Below are positions 21,883 to 32,526 of a stretch of DNA of 64,000 bases, in pieces. The notes under the pieces are model-generated. The model made no database searches, had not been told where the DNA came from, and worked only from the letters and a program-made list of their open reading frames with translations. Numbering within the stretch: position 1 is the stretch's first letter; each line of letters opens with the position of its first letter. Location of the stretch: positions 32,001 through 96,000 of IMG/VR virus record IMGVR_UViG_3300043395_000996; one strand, written 5' to 3'. Source of the stretch: a virus. The position numbers and the translations under genes were made by a program.

Positions 21883-23261
21883 ATTGTAACTAATTGATAT
21901 TTTTTACGTGGTTTCCAATTTTCTAATGCCGTTTCCATACCATCAACCAAAGATTGACACATATACTCTCTACTTAAATTTCCTTCTCCTAACATCCATT
22001 CTCTACCCTTTAATCCGGCTTTTTTTCTATCTTCTTTTGGAGTTTGATACCAATCCATAATCAATGGTGCTAAATCAATGAAATCAATTCTATCATCAAA
22101 AATATATGGTGTAGGAACTGAACCCGTTGTTGAACGAACTGGCCAAATTGGTTTAACCCAATCTCCCCATACTACACCCGCTTTTCTATGTCTATCGTGT
22201 AATGAACCAATCTCTACATAATCTTCTGCGGTTGCTAATTTGCCCGTAGCTATATCTCTAAAACCACATTGGTCTTGTAATCCACCCGTTACGTTTACGA
22301 TAATCGGCGTTCCTGCCATTACTGATTCGGCAGTTGCTAATCCAAATCCTTCGTTGGATGCTACATTGATTGTAACATCAGCCATATTGTAAAGATAGTT
22401 TAATTGCTCTTCTGAATATTTGTTATCAGCGAAAATTACATTTGTATATTTTTCACAACAATCTTCTATCATTTTAGGTAAATCAGTACCATGCTCTTCA
22501 ACCGGATTAGTGTGCATTAATAAACATACTTTATCTCTTTTCTCCGGTGCCAAATTTTTAACAAACTCATTGAATGCTAAAATCACATCCATTGGTTGCT
22601 TTCTTCTGATATTACGATTTGACCAATATAGAACAAATTCATAATCCTTTTTACCAAAAATAGATTCTTTGAAATCGGTAGGAACATCTACGGGTTTGTA
22701 TAATTCACCATTAATACCATGCGGTACATAGCTTACTTGCCAATCTTTAGCAGAGTTCCAATGCTTTTCGGCTTGAGAGCCATACACTCTTTTAGTGATT
22801 CCGTAAGTTTGCTTTGAAATACATCCAATCCAATCACAGCTTTCGTAGTAGTTTCTATTATATTTTGGGTCTGGCAAATCATCCCAAATGTGATAAAAGA
22901 ATAAAGGAACTGATTGACGAATCTCATGCTCAATCTCATATAACCAAATCCAATATCTTGGGTCAGTAAAGTGTAAGATTGCATCTGGCTTTTCTAACAT
23001 CAATAATTGTCTAATGATATCAGCGTTACCATATCCATCGGTTGGATAAATTTTAACATTGGCATCTGCTACGCCTGTTTGTTCTCTAACACTTTGATTT
23101 AAATCAAAGATTTTGCCTCTATCCGGATGTTTGATTGCTGCTCCCAATTGTACCCAATCGTATTTATCCACTGTACCTAATACCAATTGTTTAGATACGT
23201 TGGCAATACCACTAGTCATACGAAGGTCATCCGAAAGTAATAGGATTTTCTTTTTTGCCAT
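21879..23261 (-). CDS. GT4 glycosyltransferase
   Basis: NRNIRRKQ, ASNEGFGLATAESVMAGTPII. Confidence 0.88.
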   Translation of the reverse strand: MAKKKILLLSDDLRMTSGIANVSKQLVLGTVDKYDWVQLGAAIKHPDRGKIFDLNQSVREQTGVADANVKIYPTDGYGNADIIRQLLMLEKPDAILHFTDPRYWIWLYEIEHEIRQSVPLFFYHIWDDLPDPKYNRNYYESCDWIGCISKQTYGITKRVYGSQAEKHWNSAKDWQVSYVPHGINGELYKPVDVPTDFKESIFGKKDYEFVLYWSNRNIRRKQPMDVILAFNEFVKNLAPEKRDKVCLLMHTNPVEEHGTDLPKMIEDCCEKYTNVIFADNKYSEEQLNYLYNMADVTINVASNEGFGLATAESVMAGTPIIVNVTGGLQDQCGFRDIATGKLATAEDYVEIGSLHDRHRKAGVVWGDWVKPIWPVRSTTGSVPTPYIFDDRIDFIDLAPLIMDWYQTPKEDRKKAGLKGREWMLGEGNLSREYMCQSLVDGMETALENWKPRKKYQLVTI

Positions 23262-23276
23262 AACTTTTTGTTGTTC

Positions 23277-23474
23277 TTAAAATTGTGAACCACTTACTTG
23301 TAACGTAGTGTATTCGTTTAATTGTTTTCTAAATTGTTCGTTTTTAGTGTAAAGGTCTAAAGTTCTATTAACAAGTCTTTGAAAGTTCAATCCACCCTGA
23401 ATTGTAGATATTTTGAAATCCTCATCATATAACTTTTTTATAACCTTAACCGTAGTTAATTTTAAATCTGCCAT
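23277..23474 (-). CDS. Small hypothetical protein, possibly ribbon-helix-helix DNA-binding
   Basis: LTTVKV strand followed by two helices; 65 aa. Confidence 0.5.
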   Translation of the reverse strand: MADLKLTTVKVIKKLYDEDFKISTIQGGLNFQRLVNRTLDLYTKNEQFRKQLNEYTTLQVSGSQF

Positions 23475-23512
23475 AGTTAATTATATTTGTATATACATAT
23501 ATATACAAAAAA

Positions 23513-24373
23513 TTATTTTCCATCACAATGTGTTCCAAAAAATTCACACCATTTGCATAAAGTGGATGGTTTCTTATAATACTCAATATCGGTTTTATAA
23601 TTTCCATTCTCATCAAATACTTCATTTACAAATGATAAAAACCCATTCCATGCTTTATTAACGGATGGTTTACCATTGGCAGGTATATGCTTACTAATGC
23701 GAGGAATTACAAAATCTGCGTTTTCGGAAACTTTTCTTTTTAAAATAATAAATTCTACCTCAATCATATCTTCCGATATGTTTAACATTTGTGCGTAGAA
23801 TTTTTTGTATAAAAGAATTTGTGCATTTTTAACCGGGTCGGATTTCTGATATTTACTCCAACCTTTAGTTGATGTTTTGAAATCTATAATACGATATCTA
23901 CCCGTTTTTTTATTTCTAACGATGAAGTCAATAAATCCTAAAAAGTTTACATTATCGGTAATCTTTGTATTGATTGGTTGTTCGATTGCAACCAACTCAT
24001 CATCTTTAAGAGAAAAGAAATTGTTAAAATTCTTTGGCTTTTGAAAGTAATCTAATATCGTATTACCATCTTCCAAAAATTCTACCATCTCTTCTTTTGT
24101 AGAAATATGTTTTTGATGTTGTTCGAATTCTTTTAGATAAATGTCCTTCATTTTGTTTTTCAACATATCTTTCAAATCCATTAGCTTATCAGCTTGTGAT
24201 TTTGAAATGCGAAGGCATTTATCTAAATATTCTTGTAAGGTTTCATGCATTGCAGTTCCGAAAACTGAATGTATGTTTGAAGATGATTCTCTTAAATCAT
24301 CTATATAAGATAGTTTATATTGTTGTGGGCAACTGCTCCACATACTATATTGTGAAAATGATACTCTAGCCAT
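23513..24373 (-). CDS. PD-(D/E)XK RecB/Cas4-like exonuclease
   Basis: CPQQY...FGTAMHE, GFIDFI, IIDFKTS, Q..LY, CKWCEF...C. Confidence 0.88.
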   Translation of the reverse strand: MARVSFSQYSMWSSCPQQYKLSYIDDLRESSSNIHSVFGTAMHETLQEYLDKCLRISKSQADKLMDLKDMLKNKMKDIYLKEFEQHQKHISTKEEMVEFLEDGNTILDYFQKPKNFNNFFSLKDDELVAIEQPINTKITDNVNFLGFIDFIVRNKKTGRYRIIDFKTSTKGWSKYQKSDPVKNAQILLYKKFYAQMLNISEDMIEVEFIILKRKVSENADFVIPRISKHIPANGKPSVNKAWNGFLSFVNEVFDENGNYKTDIEYYKKPSTLCKWCEFFGTHCDGK

Positions 24374-24377
24374 ATAA

Positions 24378-24409
24378 CAAATATACTCAATTTATTCGTA
24401 TTTTCCAAA
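24378..24409 (-). promoter_or_regulatory. Bacteroidota-type promoter, probably giving a leaderless mRNA
   Basis: TTTG-N20-TATATTTG, then 4 nt to the ATG. Confidence 0.75.
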
Positions 24410-25642
24410 TTATATCAATGGTTTTTTACGAGTATCTTCGTTAATAATATCATCTATAAATGATAGTTTTTCTGGTAAAATAGTATCGTTAAATATTAAT
24501 CCGTGAACAGTATGTGCTATTAAATATTTTCTAGCGTTTTCTTTATCCCAATTTGTAACTTTAGCATTTTTTAAGTAATTTATATACTTTTCCAATTGCT
24601 CTTTTAGTTTATCGGATTTAATTTTTTTAATATTTTTTTCATACAATGAAATTATATTATATCTGTGTTCATCAAAATTTACAGGATTATACCACCAAGG
24701 AAAATGTACAAAATGAAAATTAATTAATTCATGCGATTCTTTTAATTCTTTAATAAAATCAAAAAAATCATAAACATTTAATAATGAGCAAGTATATTGA
24801 AAATCGTATGTAATGTTTTTATATTGTGTAATAGCCCATTTTAATGCCATCATATTCTTTTTAAATATTTTGGTATCAAATCCGGTTCTAACATATTCAC
24901 CAAGCTCTCCCAACCCATCCAATGAAATAGAAAAATGTACTTTTCTGAAATCCTTCAGATATTCAAATATTGTTTTTCCTTTGTATTTTAAAATACTAAA
25001 GTTGGTATTATACATCAAAGTTACATTCTTTTTATTTTGAATGGATTCCAATAATTCAAAATGTTCTTCTAAAACAAATGGTTCACCTCCTGCAAAATAC
25101 AAAACTTCTATATTTTGCATAGCATCTTCATTTAATTTAAAATTAATTTTATTTAAAGATTCTATTTTTTCTTCTCCAAAAGCAAGAACTCCCATATTAT
25201 TTTTATAGAAATCTTCCTTCTCTTCTTGCCATTTTGTTGAATATGAATCATTACAACTTCTACATTTAAAATTACATATATTAGAAGGTCTTAAATCCAA
25301 TGAAACATAATCAGGCTTAACTTCTCCATCAAAATTTTGAAAATCTAAATTATCTTGTATTCTTTTAAGATGTTGCTTATGATGTTCGTTCCACTTTTGT
25401 CTTGATGATGTTACATTTTGGCTTTCTAAAGAATAACAGGCATTACAATATTCATTGTGAATACCTTTAATCATATCAACTCTTAATTTTTTGTATTCTT
25501 CCGAATTAAACGCTTCATCAATTGTAGTATTTTTTAGATTAATATCTGTAAATGGTTTTTGTGAATCGCAACATGCTTTGGCTGTTCCGTTCATATACCC
25601 ATTGAAGTGTATAAATGGTAATATACAAAATTTGTTATTCAT
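24410..25642 (-). CDS. Radical SAM protein with N-terminal twitch/SPASM domain
   Basis: CILPF...ACC...CNACY; CNFKCRSC (CxxxCxxC); FAGGEPF; YNTNFS. Confidence 0.88.
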   Translation of the reverse strand: MNNKFCILPFIHFNGYMNGTAKACCDSQKPFTDINLKNTTIDEAFNSEEYKKLRVDMIKGIHNEYCNACYSLESQNVTSSRQKWNEHHKQHLKRIQDNLDFQNFDGEVKPDYVSLDLRPSNICNFKCRSCNDSYSTKWQEEKEDFYKNNMGVLAFGEEKIESLNKINFKLNEDAMQNIEVLYFAGGEPFVLEEHFELLESIQNKKNVTLMYNTNFSILKYKGKTIFEYLKDFRKVHFSISLDGLGELGEYVRTGFDTKIFKKNMMALKWAITQYKNITYDFQYTCSLLNVYDFFDFIKELKESHELINFHFVHFPWWYNPVNFDEHRYNIISLYEKNIKKIKSDKLKEQLEKYINYLKNAKVTNWDKENARKYLIAHTVHGLIFNDTILPEKLSFIDDIINEDTRKKPLI

Positions 25643-26095
25643 TTATATTTTTAATTTTAACTTTGTAATTTGCTTTTTATCAGTACCATACTTTTCGCAG
25701 ATATATTTAATATTTTCTCTACCCTCTCTGGTAGCATAAAGTATTTCGATATATTCAATTGCTTGAGTTTCGGGTACTGAAAATTCTCTTTTGATTAATT
25801 CAACCAAAAATTCTTCATACTTCTCTTCGCCTTTCCCTTTAATGTATTTCAGATATTGCTTTCCCTTTGGGATTACGCTGATATACAACTTATACATTTC
25901 CTTTGGTTGTAGTGTTTGAGTCAAAGGAAGTAAAGTTGCAATCAGTTCTACCCATTCTGGCTTCATTGAAAGAAATCTATTAATCATAAAATTACTCCAC
26001 GATTTTAAATCCTCTTCCGAAAGTTTATCAAAATACTTTGGGTCTTGCTCCGAAGTTATTGCATTAAGATGGTCGAATAACTTTTTAGCTGCCAT
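25643..26095 (-). CDS. Clamp loader small subunit (T4 gp62-like)
   Basis: LFDHLNAI...WSNFMINRFLSM...IPKGKQYLKYIK; sits next to the gp44-like gene. Confidence 0.75.
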   Translation of the reverse strand: MAAKKLFDHLNAITSEQDPKYFDKLSEEDLKSWSNFMINRFLSMKPEWVELIATLLPLTQTLQPKEMYKLYISVIPKGKQYLKYIKGKGEEKYEEFLVELIKREFSVPETQAIEYIEILYATREGRENIKYICEKYGTDKKQITKLKLKI

Positions 26096-26325
26096 TATTT
26101 TACGATTTTAGATTCTTGTAATTCCGGTGGTAATAAGTCTTGCAATGGTTTACCACAATTTGTACAAAGGAAAATATCGATTGGTATTACAGTATCTTTA
26201 TCTCCACCCGTAACCAACCTCGATGCTTTTCTAACTCTCAATGCCGGCATAAAGATAACGTTGCCGCATTCACATGCTACATCTCTCGTATCTTTTAAAT
26301 CAATATAAGGTTGTTGATTCATCAT
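26095..26325 (-). CDS. Zn-ribbon hypothetical protein
   Basis: CECG...CTNCG. Confidence 0.65.
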   Translation of the reverse strand: MMNQQPYIDLKDTRDVACECGNVIFMPALRVRKASRLVTGGDKDTVIPIDIFLCTNCGKPLQDLLPPELQESKIVK

Positions 26326-27272
26326 TATTTAATAATGTTTAAAATTTGAATAATTGTACTCATAAATACGATTTCTTTATCTACTACCAATGCATCTTTT
26401 GATAATCCATCAGCGATAGTTAAAATTACATTAGCGGTATTACCACTAGCATAATCATCTACTTTATCGTATAACATCGAATACATTTCTGAATAATCAT
26501 TTAAGTGATTATCTGCAACCGACTGTCTGATAGTCATAAATAAATTACGTTTATCATCGGATGATTTTAATAAATCAATTAATTTAGTTTGGAAATTTGA
26601 TTCAACCATAACTTTATGGTCTACTTTCAATTCACCCTTAGCCGATTGTAATTGGCAAGTGTTTAAGATTCTACGAATATCAGGATAATATGAATTGATG
26701 ATATCAGCCATATTCTTTGGCTCGTATTTAATCTTTTCAGTATCCAAAATTTTAGCAACCTGTACAGCTACATCCTTTTTAGTTGGTGGCGTAATTGCGA
26801 ATGATTGACATCTACTCTGAATTGGGTCAATAATCTTCTCAATGTAGTTACAAGTCAAAATGAATCTACAATGTTTTGAAAAAGTTTCCATTAAGTTACG
26901 CAAGATTGCCTGTGCGTTTGGGGTCATATAATCAAACTCATCCAAAATAATTACTTTGAATCCTGCAAATCCTACTGATGATGCGAAGTTCTTTACTTTT
27001 GTTCTAACAGTATCCACATTGTTTTCATCCGATGCGTTAATAATCATACTATCGCATTTGATACTATTTACAATTAACTTTGCTAATGTGGTTTTACCTG
27101 TACCCGCTTTACCATAAAACAACAAATGTGGAATATCGTTTGTATCCAAATATTGTTGAATGGTTTCTTTTACTTGCTCATTACCTACATAATCGGCAAG
27201 TGTTTGTGGGCGGTATTTCTCCACCCACAAACTATGTTCTCTTTTATTAATATCGTTTGCGAAAAAACTCAT
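26325..27272 (-). CDS. Clamp loader AAA+ subunit (T4 gp44 / RFC-like)
   Basis: WVEKYRP, GKAGTGKT, NASDE, ILDEFD, SRC. Confidence 0.95.
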   Translation of the reverse strand: MSFFANDINKREHSLWVEKYRPQTLADYVGNEQVKETIQQYLDTNDIPHLLFYGKAGTGKTTLAKLIVNSIKCDSMIINASDENNVDTVRTKVKNFASSVGFAGFKVIILDEFDYMTPNAQAILRNLMETFSKHCRFILTCNYIEKIIDPIQSRCQSFAITPPTKKDVAVQVAKILDTEKIKYEPKNMADIINSYYPDIRRILNTCQLQSAKGELKVDHKVMVESNFQTKLIDLLKSSDDKRNLFMTIRQSVADNHLNDYSEMYSMLYDKVDDYASGNTANVILTIADGLSKDALVVDKEIVFMSTIIQILNIIK

Positions 27273-27280
27273 ATTTTATT

Positions 27281-27706
27281 TTATTTACCAGATGAACCAA
27301 ATCCGCCCTCACCTCTTTCCGAATCAGATAATTCATCAACTATCTTAACTTGTACTACCGGCGTTGGCACTATTACTATTTGACAAACTCTATCTCCTAC
27401 ATTATAAGCGATTGAATCCAATCCATTTAACTTATTAAAGGTTGCTTGAAGTTCTCCTCTATAACCTGAATCAATTACTCCTACTGAATTACTTAACATC
27501 AATTCAGTATTTCTAATGGATGAACGAGGAAATACCAATCCAACAAATCCTTCCGGTATCTCCATTGCAATACCTAATCCATATGTTATCTGAAATGTAG
27601 TATTTTCTTTAATATTTGTTGCTACTAAATCCATTCCAGCATCACCCTTTTTAGCATATTTGGGTTTAACCGAATCCGGATGTAATAATTTAATTTTTAG
27701 CTGCAT
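27281..27706 (-). CDS. dut: Trimeric dUTPase
   Basis: AGMDL, PRSS, GVIDSGYRGE, RGEGGFGSSG. Confidence 0.97.
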   Translation of the reverse strand: MQLKIKLLHPDSVKPKYAKKGDAGMDLVATNIKENTTFQITYGLGIAMEIPEGFVGLVFPRSSIRNTELMLSNSVGVIDSGYRGELQATFNKLNGLDSIAYNVGDRVCQIVIVPTPVVQVKIVDELSDSERGEGGFGSSGK

Positions 27707-28001
27707 TTTCTTTTTCTTTTGCTCTTTCTAATTTAGATTCTTCACTAATTGGTCTTGGGAAGATTTTAAAAGTCATTCCGTTTTGTTGGAAATTTAAACC
27801 TTCATTTTCTTTTGGTTGAATTTGTAAAACCAATGGAGCAGGTTCTGCACCTTCTTCTTGCCAAGCAAATGCAATTGGTTCGTTATTGAAAAACTGAAAA
27901 CACCATTCCGCATCTTCAATTGTTTTTGGTTCAGCTATTTCAACGCTACCTTGTGGTTGTAATGCTTCATTTTCTGCGGTTAATTCTAATTCTTGTGCCA
28001 T
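27690..28001 (-). CDS. Acidic hypothetical protein
   Basis: 103-aa ORF in the replication operon. Confidence 0.65.
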   Translation of the reverse strand: MAQELELTAENEALQPQGSVEIAEPKTIEDAEWCFQFFNNEPIAFAWQEEGAEPAPLVLQIQPKENEGLNFQQNGMTFKIFPRPISEESKLERAKEKENAAKN

Positions 28002-28005
28002 TTTA

Positions 28006-28719
28006 TTAATTTTGGATTTCTACTAAATAATATTTACAAACGAATTCATCAATTTGGAACTCAACGTGTGCCAATCCATCAGATGATACTTTAAGTTTAG
28101 CTGCGGTTGCTTCTTTATTAGCCGTTAAGATTTCTTTTAAATACTTAGCGGAGAATGAAATTGGTTTAACCTCACCAGCGTAACCTTTTTCACAAGTGAA
28201 TGTTACTCTATTTGTAGAAATTGATGAATAACCAATTGCCATTTTTAAATCACCACCTTCAGTAAACACAGTGAAAGTATCGATATCAGATAATGCACCT
28301 TTTGCTTTGATAAACTTATCAATCATATTAGATGCCATTTCGATTGAAATACCAAATTCCGGCATTTGCTTCAAATCGGGTACCGCAGGAATTACGCCTA
28401 AATCAGCCAATTGATAAGAAGTTTCAGTTTCATCTGAAGATAATTTTAATACAGTTGCTTTTTCTCCTACTGTATCTACATTAAGATTGATATCACTATC
28501 CAAAATACCAATAAGGTTTTTCAATAATGATGTGGTATAAATACCAATGTTGAATGGTTTTGATGTAAAACCATTAAAATCCACTTCACCAAGCATAGTT
28601 TTATCATCAGAAATAAAACGAACTGAAAGTTTGTTTCCTTCAGCGTTCCAAGCTACTGATTCAATAACACCACCCAATGAATACTTTTGAATGAATCGAG
28701 TTAAATTGTTCTTGTTCAT
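28006..28719 (-). CDS. DNA sliding clamp (T4 gp45-like)
   Basis: 237 aa, beta-rich, C-terminal KYYLVE; next to the clamp loaders and PolB. Confidence 0.75.
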   Translation of the reverse strand: MNKNNLTRFIQKYSLGGVIESVAWNAEGNKLSVRFISDDKTMLGEVDFNGFTSKPFNIGIYTTSLLKNLIGILDSDINLNVDTVGEKATVLKLSSDETETSYQLADLGVIPAVPDLKQMPEFGISIEMASNMIDKFIKAKGALSDIDTFTVFTEGGDLKMAIGYSSISTNRVTFTCEKGYAGEVKPISFSAKYLKEILTANKEATAAKLKVSSDGLAHVEFQIDEFVCKYYLVEIQN

Positions 28720-28751
28720 AATTTACTTTTTTTATTTTATTTTTATTGTTA

Positions 28752-28782
28752 CAAATATACGACTAATTTTTGAATATTCCAA
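28752..28782 (-). promoter_or_regulatory. Bacteroidota-type promoter upstream of the sliding clamp
   Basis: TTG-N20-TATATTTG. Confidence 0.7.
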
Positions 28783-29518
28783 GCTTTTTTATATGATTAT
28801 ATAATTTTTCTGCATAATTTTTATTTTCTTCCGATGTAGCATATTTCGTATCATCTTCAAAATATGGATAATCACCATCAAATCTATTATCATCTACATA
28901 ATCAGTTTGCAAAAATACTCCATTCCATGTAAAAGGTATTTCTTTTGATTTAAGATAATAAGTTATCAATAAATGATTTTTATACCAATTCATAAAATCA
29001 TCTTCTGAATTAGAAATATGTTTTATAGCATCAAACTCCCTTATACCATCTGGGTGTTCTTTGTAGTAACCCCACGGATTTGGTGCATATGGTTCAATAC
29101 CACCATCTGCTTTATAAAATTCTCTATGAGTTGGATATGTGTACATTATATTAACAAAGTTTGGATTAACTTTATCCACAAATGTTAATATCGTTCTTAC
29201 TATATAATCATTACTTCTACCACTATATCCAAAATTTAAATCAACTCCATTTGGTATCAGTTTTGAAAGATAGTATGGATATGTTTCATTATCATTTACT
29301 CCAATTCCTTCTGTATAAGAACTACCAACACTCATAATTTTGTATCCTTCTTTCAAAATAGAATTTCCTCTAAAGCCAATTTCATTATAAGTGTAATCAT
29401 TTTTATTTGTATGGTCGGAGCCAGAGCCTTGAAATCTTCTTCCAACTCTCTCTTTTAACTTCCATCTAAATGATGTAACATCAAATGAAATTGGTTTCCA
29501 AAATTTTAAACTATTCAT
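28763..29518 (-). CDS. SGNH-like protein, catalytic His apparently replaced
   Basis: SVGSSYTEG, NFGYSGRSN; block V reads DTKY rather than DxxH; start moved to MNSLKF. Confidence 0.6.
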   Translation of the reverse strand: MNSLKFWKPISFDVTSFRWKLKERVGRRFQGSGSDHTNKNDYTYNEIGFRGNSILKEGYKIMSVGSSYTEGIGVNDNETYPYYLSKLIPNGVDLNFGYSGRSNDYIVRTILTFVDKVNPNFVNIMYTYPTHREFYKADGGIEPYAPNPWGYYKEHPDGIREFDAIKHISNSEDDFMNWYKNHLLITYYLKSKEIPFTWNGVFLQTDYVDDNRFDGDYPYFEDDTKYATSEENKNYAEKLYNHIKKLGIFKN

Positions 29519-29963
29519 ATCTAATAAATCCGTTTTTTTCAAAAACATTATGAGCTGATGTGTGCCAGTCTTCGCAAATACATGTAATTTTTTTAAATGA
29601 TTTTGGTAATAATTTTATAGTATTATTTACAAACCATATTGGTGAGTATGATGGTCTTTCATAACAATTCGTAACATATAAATTATAAAGATAAAATTCA
29701 TCATTTTCTTTTGGCTCATAAAATACATATCCAATTGCTTTATGCCCATAATACAATATAAATAAATGATGTCCTTTACTTACTCTCATTTGTACATCAT
29801 CAAAATTAAACATACCATCCCAACTATATTCTTCGTTGAAGAAATAAATTAATTTTTTTACATCATCTGATAATAAATCCAATTTATGTCTATTTGAAAT
29901 GTGTATGACACTCAAATCTTCATTTTCATTATAATTCCATTTATTTAATTCAAATTTAATCAT
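29511..29963 (-). CDS. GNAT-fold acetyltransferase-like protein
   Basis: IGYVF...LYNLYV...HTSAHNVFEKNGF. Confidence 0.65.
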   Translation of the reverse strand: MIKFELNKWNYNENEDLSVIHISNRHKLDLLSDDVKKLIYFFNEEYSWDGMFNFDDVQMRVSKGHHLFILYYGHKAIGYVFYEPKENDEFYLYNLYVTNCYERPSYSPIWFVNNTIKLLPKSFKKITCICEDWHTSAHNVFEKNGFIRYE

Positions 29964-29964
29964 A

Positions 29965-32526
29965 TTAAAAACTAAAAAACTTTTTAGCGGTTTGAGCTTC
30001 AGCAGATGCTTTTTCCCATTTCAATGCGTTATAAAAATCATTAACTTTGTTTTCCAACTCTGCTTTATAAATCATATCTCTATCCACATATTGCTCTACG
30101 AAATCCATAATTTCTTGTGGGTCATTGTAATCTTTGAATGCGACGGTATCCAATCCTAACGGATTTGTTTTAAGATATACCCACTTCACTTTATCACCAT
30201 CTCTAATTGGTTCGTGCTTATATGGACAATTGAAAAACTTTAATAATCTATTATAAGATATACCAGCTTTAACGTGCGCCGGTGTTCCTTTTTCAAAATC
30301 AGCAATTGCTTGTCCTCCATCTTTTCTCCACGTTCCATTATCATATTTACTCAACTCCTTAATCGCTCCACCCTTTGCTATTTTATTTACTGGCAAAGTT
30401 ACCATTTCTTTTTTGAAGTTAAGTAAAGATTCATCCATAAATGCATTATCTTTACCCATTAGAATATCTTTCAACATTTTAGCCATAAAGTCCTGAAATG
30501 CTTTCGGAAACGATGAACGAACCACATCCAATCCTTTTACATCCAACTTATCACAAGGTACACCATTCTTTAAAATCATCCATTGTGCATATCGTTTCTT
30601 TGCTACCCAAAATCCCGCTTTACTGATGTACTCTTTCTTAATTTCAAATCTATGTTTTTCCTTTGGAATAAAAAAGAATCTTTCAGCCAACATATCATAG
30701 AATGAGTTTAAGAATGTTTGAGTTTCTTCGGCAATTGTGTTTACCTCTTCAGCCATTCTATTTTGGTCGAATGTTTTGTATTCGGGATAACGATGCTTCA
30801 CCAATGGTTCTGCCATCATATAAATGGAATCAGTATCGATGTACACATTATAATCTTCTTTAGTTCCGAGTTCTTTCCAATATTTGATGTTTGCCATTTC
30901 TGCTGTTTTCTTAATAACAGTTTGGCCCGTAATCGTAACTGCCTCTGCATTATCAATATCGTAAAACCGAAAGGCAGGAAGACCAAGCACACCATACATA
31001 GAGTTAAGAAGAATCTTCTGAACCAACTGCCTTTTCGCATAAAATTCATATTTTTCCGTATCACCCTCCGTACCATATTTCTTTTCTAATTTTCTAAATT
31101 CAACACGTTTTTGAAACCAATCATTTAAAATATCCGCAATAAGACCAGGTGAATCCTGTGAGTATAAAACTCCGTTAGCTGCTACTCCTAAATTACTATC
31201 TTTAATAACTTCTTTTAGTTCCTGTGTTGTATATTCATACTCATCACCATCCTTACCAATAACTTTATAGGTTGTATCCAATCCTTTAATATTAGCTTCC
31301 GCATCCCAATTTTGAATCTTACCAATTTTTGTTTCGGGACTGATGTTTAGAGTCATAATGATTGATGGATATAGAGATGTTAAGTCCAAATCATAAATCC
31401 AATCGTACTTACCAACAATAGGTTCTTTCACATAAGCTCCAATAAACTTCTCTTCGTTGTTATCACGGAGTGCCTGCATCCTTTCTTTTCTATCCTTTGG
31501 TTTATTAGTTGCTACTAATCCTTTCTTTTTCAGATATCCCAAACATGCCCCCTCTAACCATTTAGAGGAGAATATGTAATCTTCGTATGGAACAAATCCG
31601 GCATGGCAAACGGCTCTACATAATTCAATGAATTGTAATTTGTTATCCATTGCTACAACCAACTCCACGTCAACAATGTTATACTCAATAAACTTCTCTA
31701 AATCATTTACAAATAAATCATCTAAACTTCCTTCATACTCAACCTTACCTCTACCTAATTCTTTGGTAGCAATGTAATTCAATGTATAAGATGCTTCCAA
31801 TGTATATGTGTATGTTTTATATAGATTGATGTAATCTAACACACTCACTCCACCAAAACTGAACTTCTCTCTATATGGTGACCAGAATGCCTCACCAATG
31901 CGAGATAATCTTTTAGCATGTCCTTCCCCACATACGTTTTTAATACGATTGTAGAGATATGGAATATCAAAGAAATCGATGTTCCAACCTGTTAAGATTG
32001 TTGGGTCAATTTGCTGATAATAGTTTAAGAATGATAATAAAAGATTTCTTTCATTATCAAAAATGTGAACTTTTACCTCTCTACCATCTTTACTAAATTG
32101 CTTTGCATTATCTTTGACTTTACGTTCTTTATCTAATACAAACACTTCATATTCTTTTGTGATAGAATCGTGTGCAGCAATAGCTGTGATTTCGTTTTGT
32201 GCTTCCTTTGTATTTGGTAGACCAGATATCATTTCTACCTCAATATCAAATGTTAATACAGTATGACCTTTTGATGGTAAATCATTATCGTAAATGTCTA
32301 CCAATACTCTCGTTGTTTCTGGCACATCGGATTCAAATAAATCTTCAGCTTCATCTTTTTCCCACTTTGAAATACGGGTTAATTTATCACCATACATTGA
32401 ACGATGTTGTCCGTATGGGTCTTTTTTATAAGCGTATTTACGATATGGAAATGTTTGATAACCATTTGTATCATCCCATAAATGTATTAAATTCTTTGCT
32501 CTCTCGTAATAGATGTTTTGATACAT
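29965..32526 (-). CDS. polB: Family B DNA polymerase (T4 gp43-like)
   Basis: FDIE exonuclease I, DLTSLYPSI, KILLNSMYG, YIDTDS, KKRY. Confidence 0.97.
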   Translation of the reverse strand: MYQNIYYERAKNLIHLWDDTNGYQTFPYRKYAYKKDPYGQHRSMYGDKLTRISKWEKDEAEDLFESDVPETTRVLVDIYDNDLPSKGHTVLTFDIEVEMISGLPNTKEAQNEITAIAAHDSITKEYEVFVLDKERKVKDNAKQFSKDGREVKVHIFDNERNLLLSFLNYYQQIDPTILTGWNIDFFDIPYLYNRIKNVCGEGHAKRLSRIGEAFWSPYREKFSFGGVSVLDYINLYKTYTYTLEASYTLNYIATKELGRGKVEYEGSLDDLFVNDLEKFIEYNIVDVELVVAMDNKLQFIELCRAVCHAGFVPYEDYIFSSKWLEGACLGYLKKKGLVATNKPKDRKERMQALRDNNEEKFIGAYVKEPIVGKYDWIYDLDLTSLYPSIIMTLNISPETKIGKIQNWDAEANIKGLDTTYKVIGKDGDEYEYTTQELKEVIKDSNLGVAANGVLYSQDSPGLIADILNDWFQKRVEFRKLEKKYGTEGDTEKYEFYAKRQLVQKILLNSMYGVLGLPAFRFYDIDNAEAVTITGQTVIKKTAEMANIKYWKELGTKEDYNVYIDTDSIYMMAEPLVKHRYPEYKTFDQNRMAEEVNTIAEETQTFLNSFYDMLAERFFFIPKEKHRFEIKKEYISKAGFWVAKKRYAQWMILKNGVPCDKLDVKGLDVVRSSFPKAFQDFMAKMLKDILMGKDNAFMDESLLNFKKEMVTLPVNKIAKGGAIKELSKYDNGTWRKDGGQAIADFEKGTPAHVKAGISYNRLLKFFNCPYKHEPIRDGDKVKWVYLKTNPLGLDTVAFKDYNDPQEIMDFVEQYVDRDMIYKAELENKVNDFYNALKWEKASAEAQTAKKFFSF

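Noticed and set aside
23513-24373. Cas4 / CRISPR-Cas locus
   Set aside because: No cas1, cas2 or repeat-spacer array seen; stand-alone Cas4-like exonucleases are common in large phages
24410-25642. RiPP cluster around the radical SAM enzyme
   Set aside because: No adjacent precursor-like peptide, RRE domain or transporter
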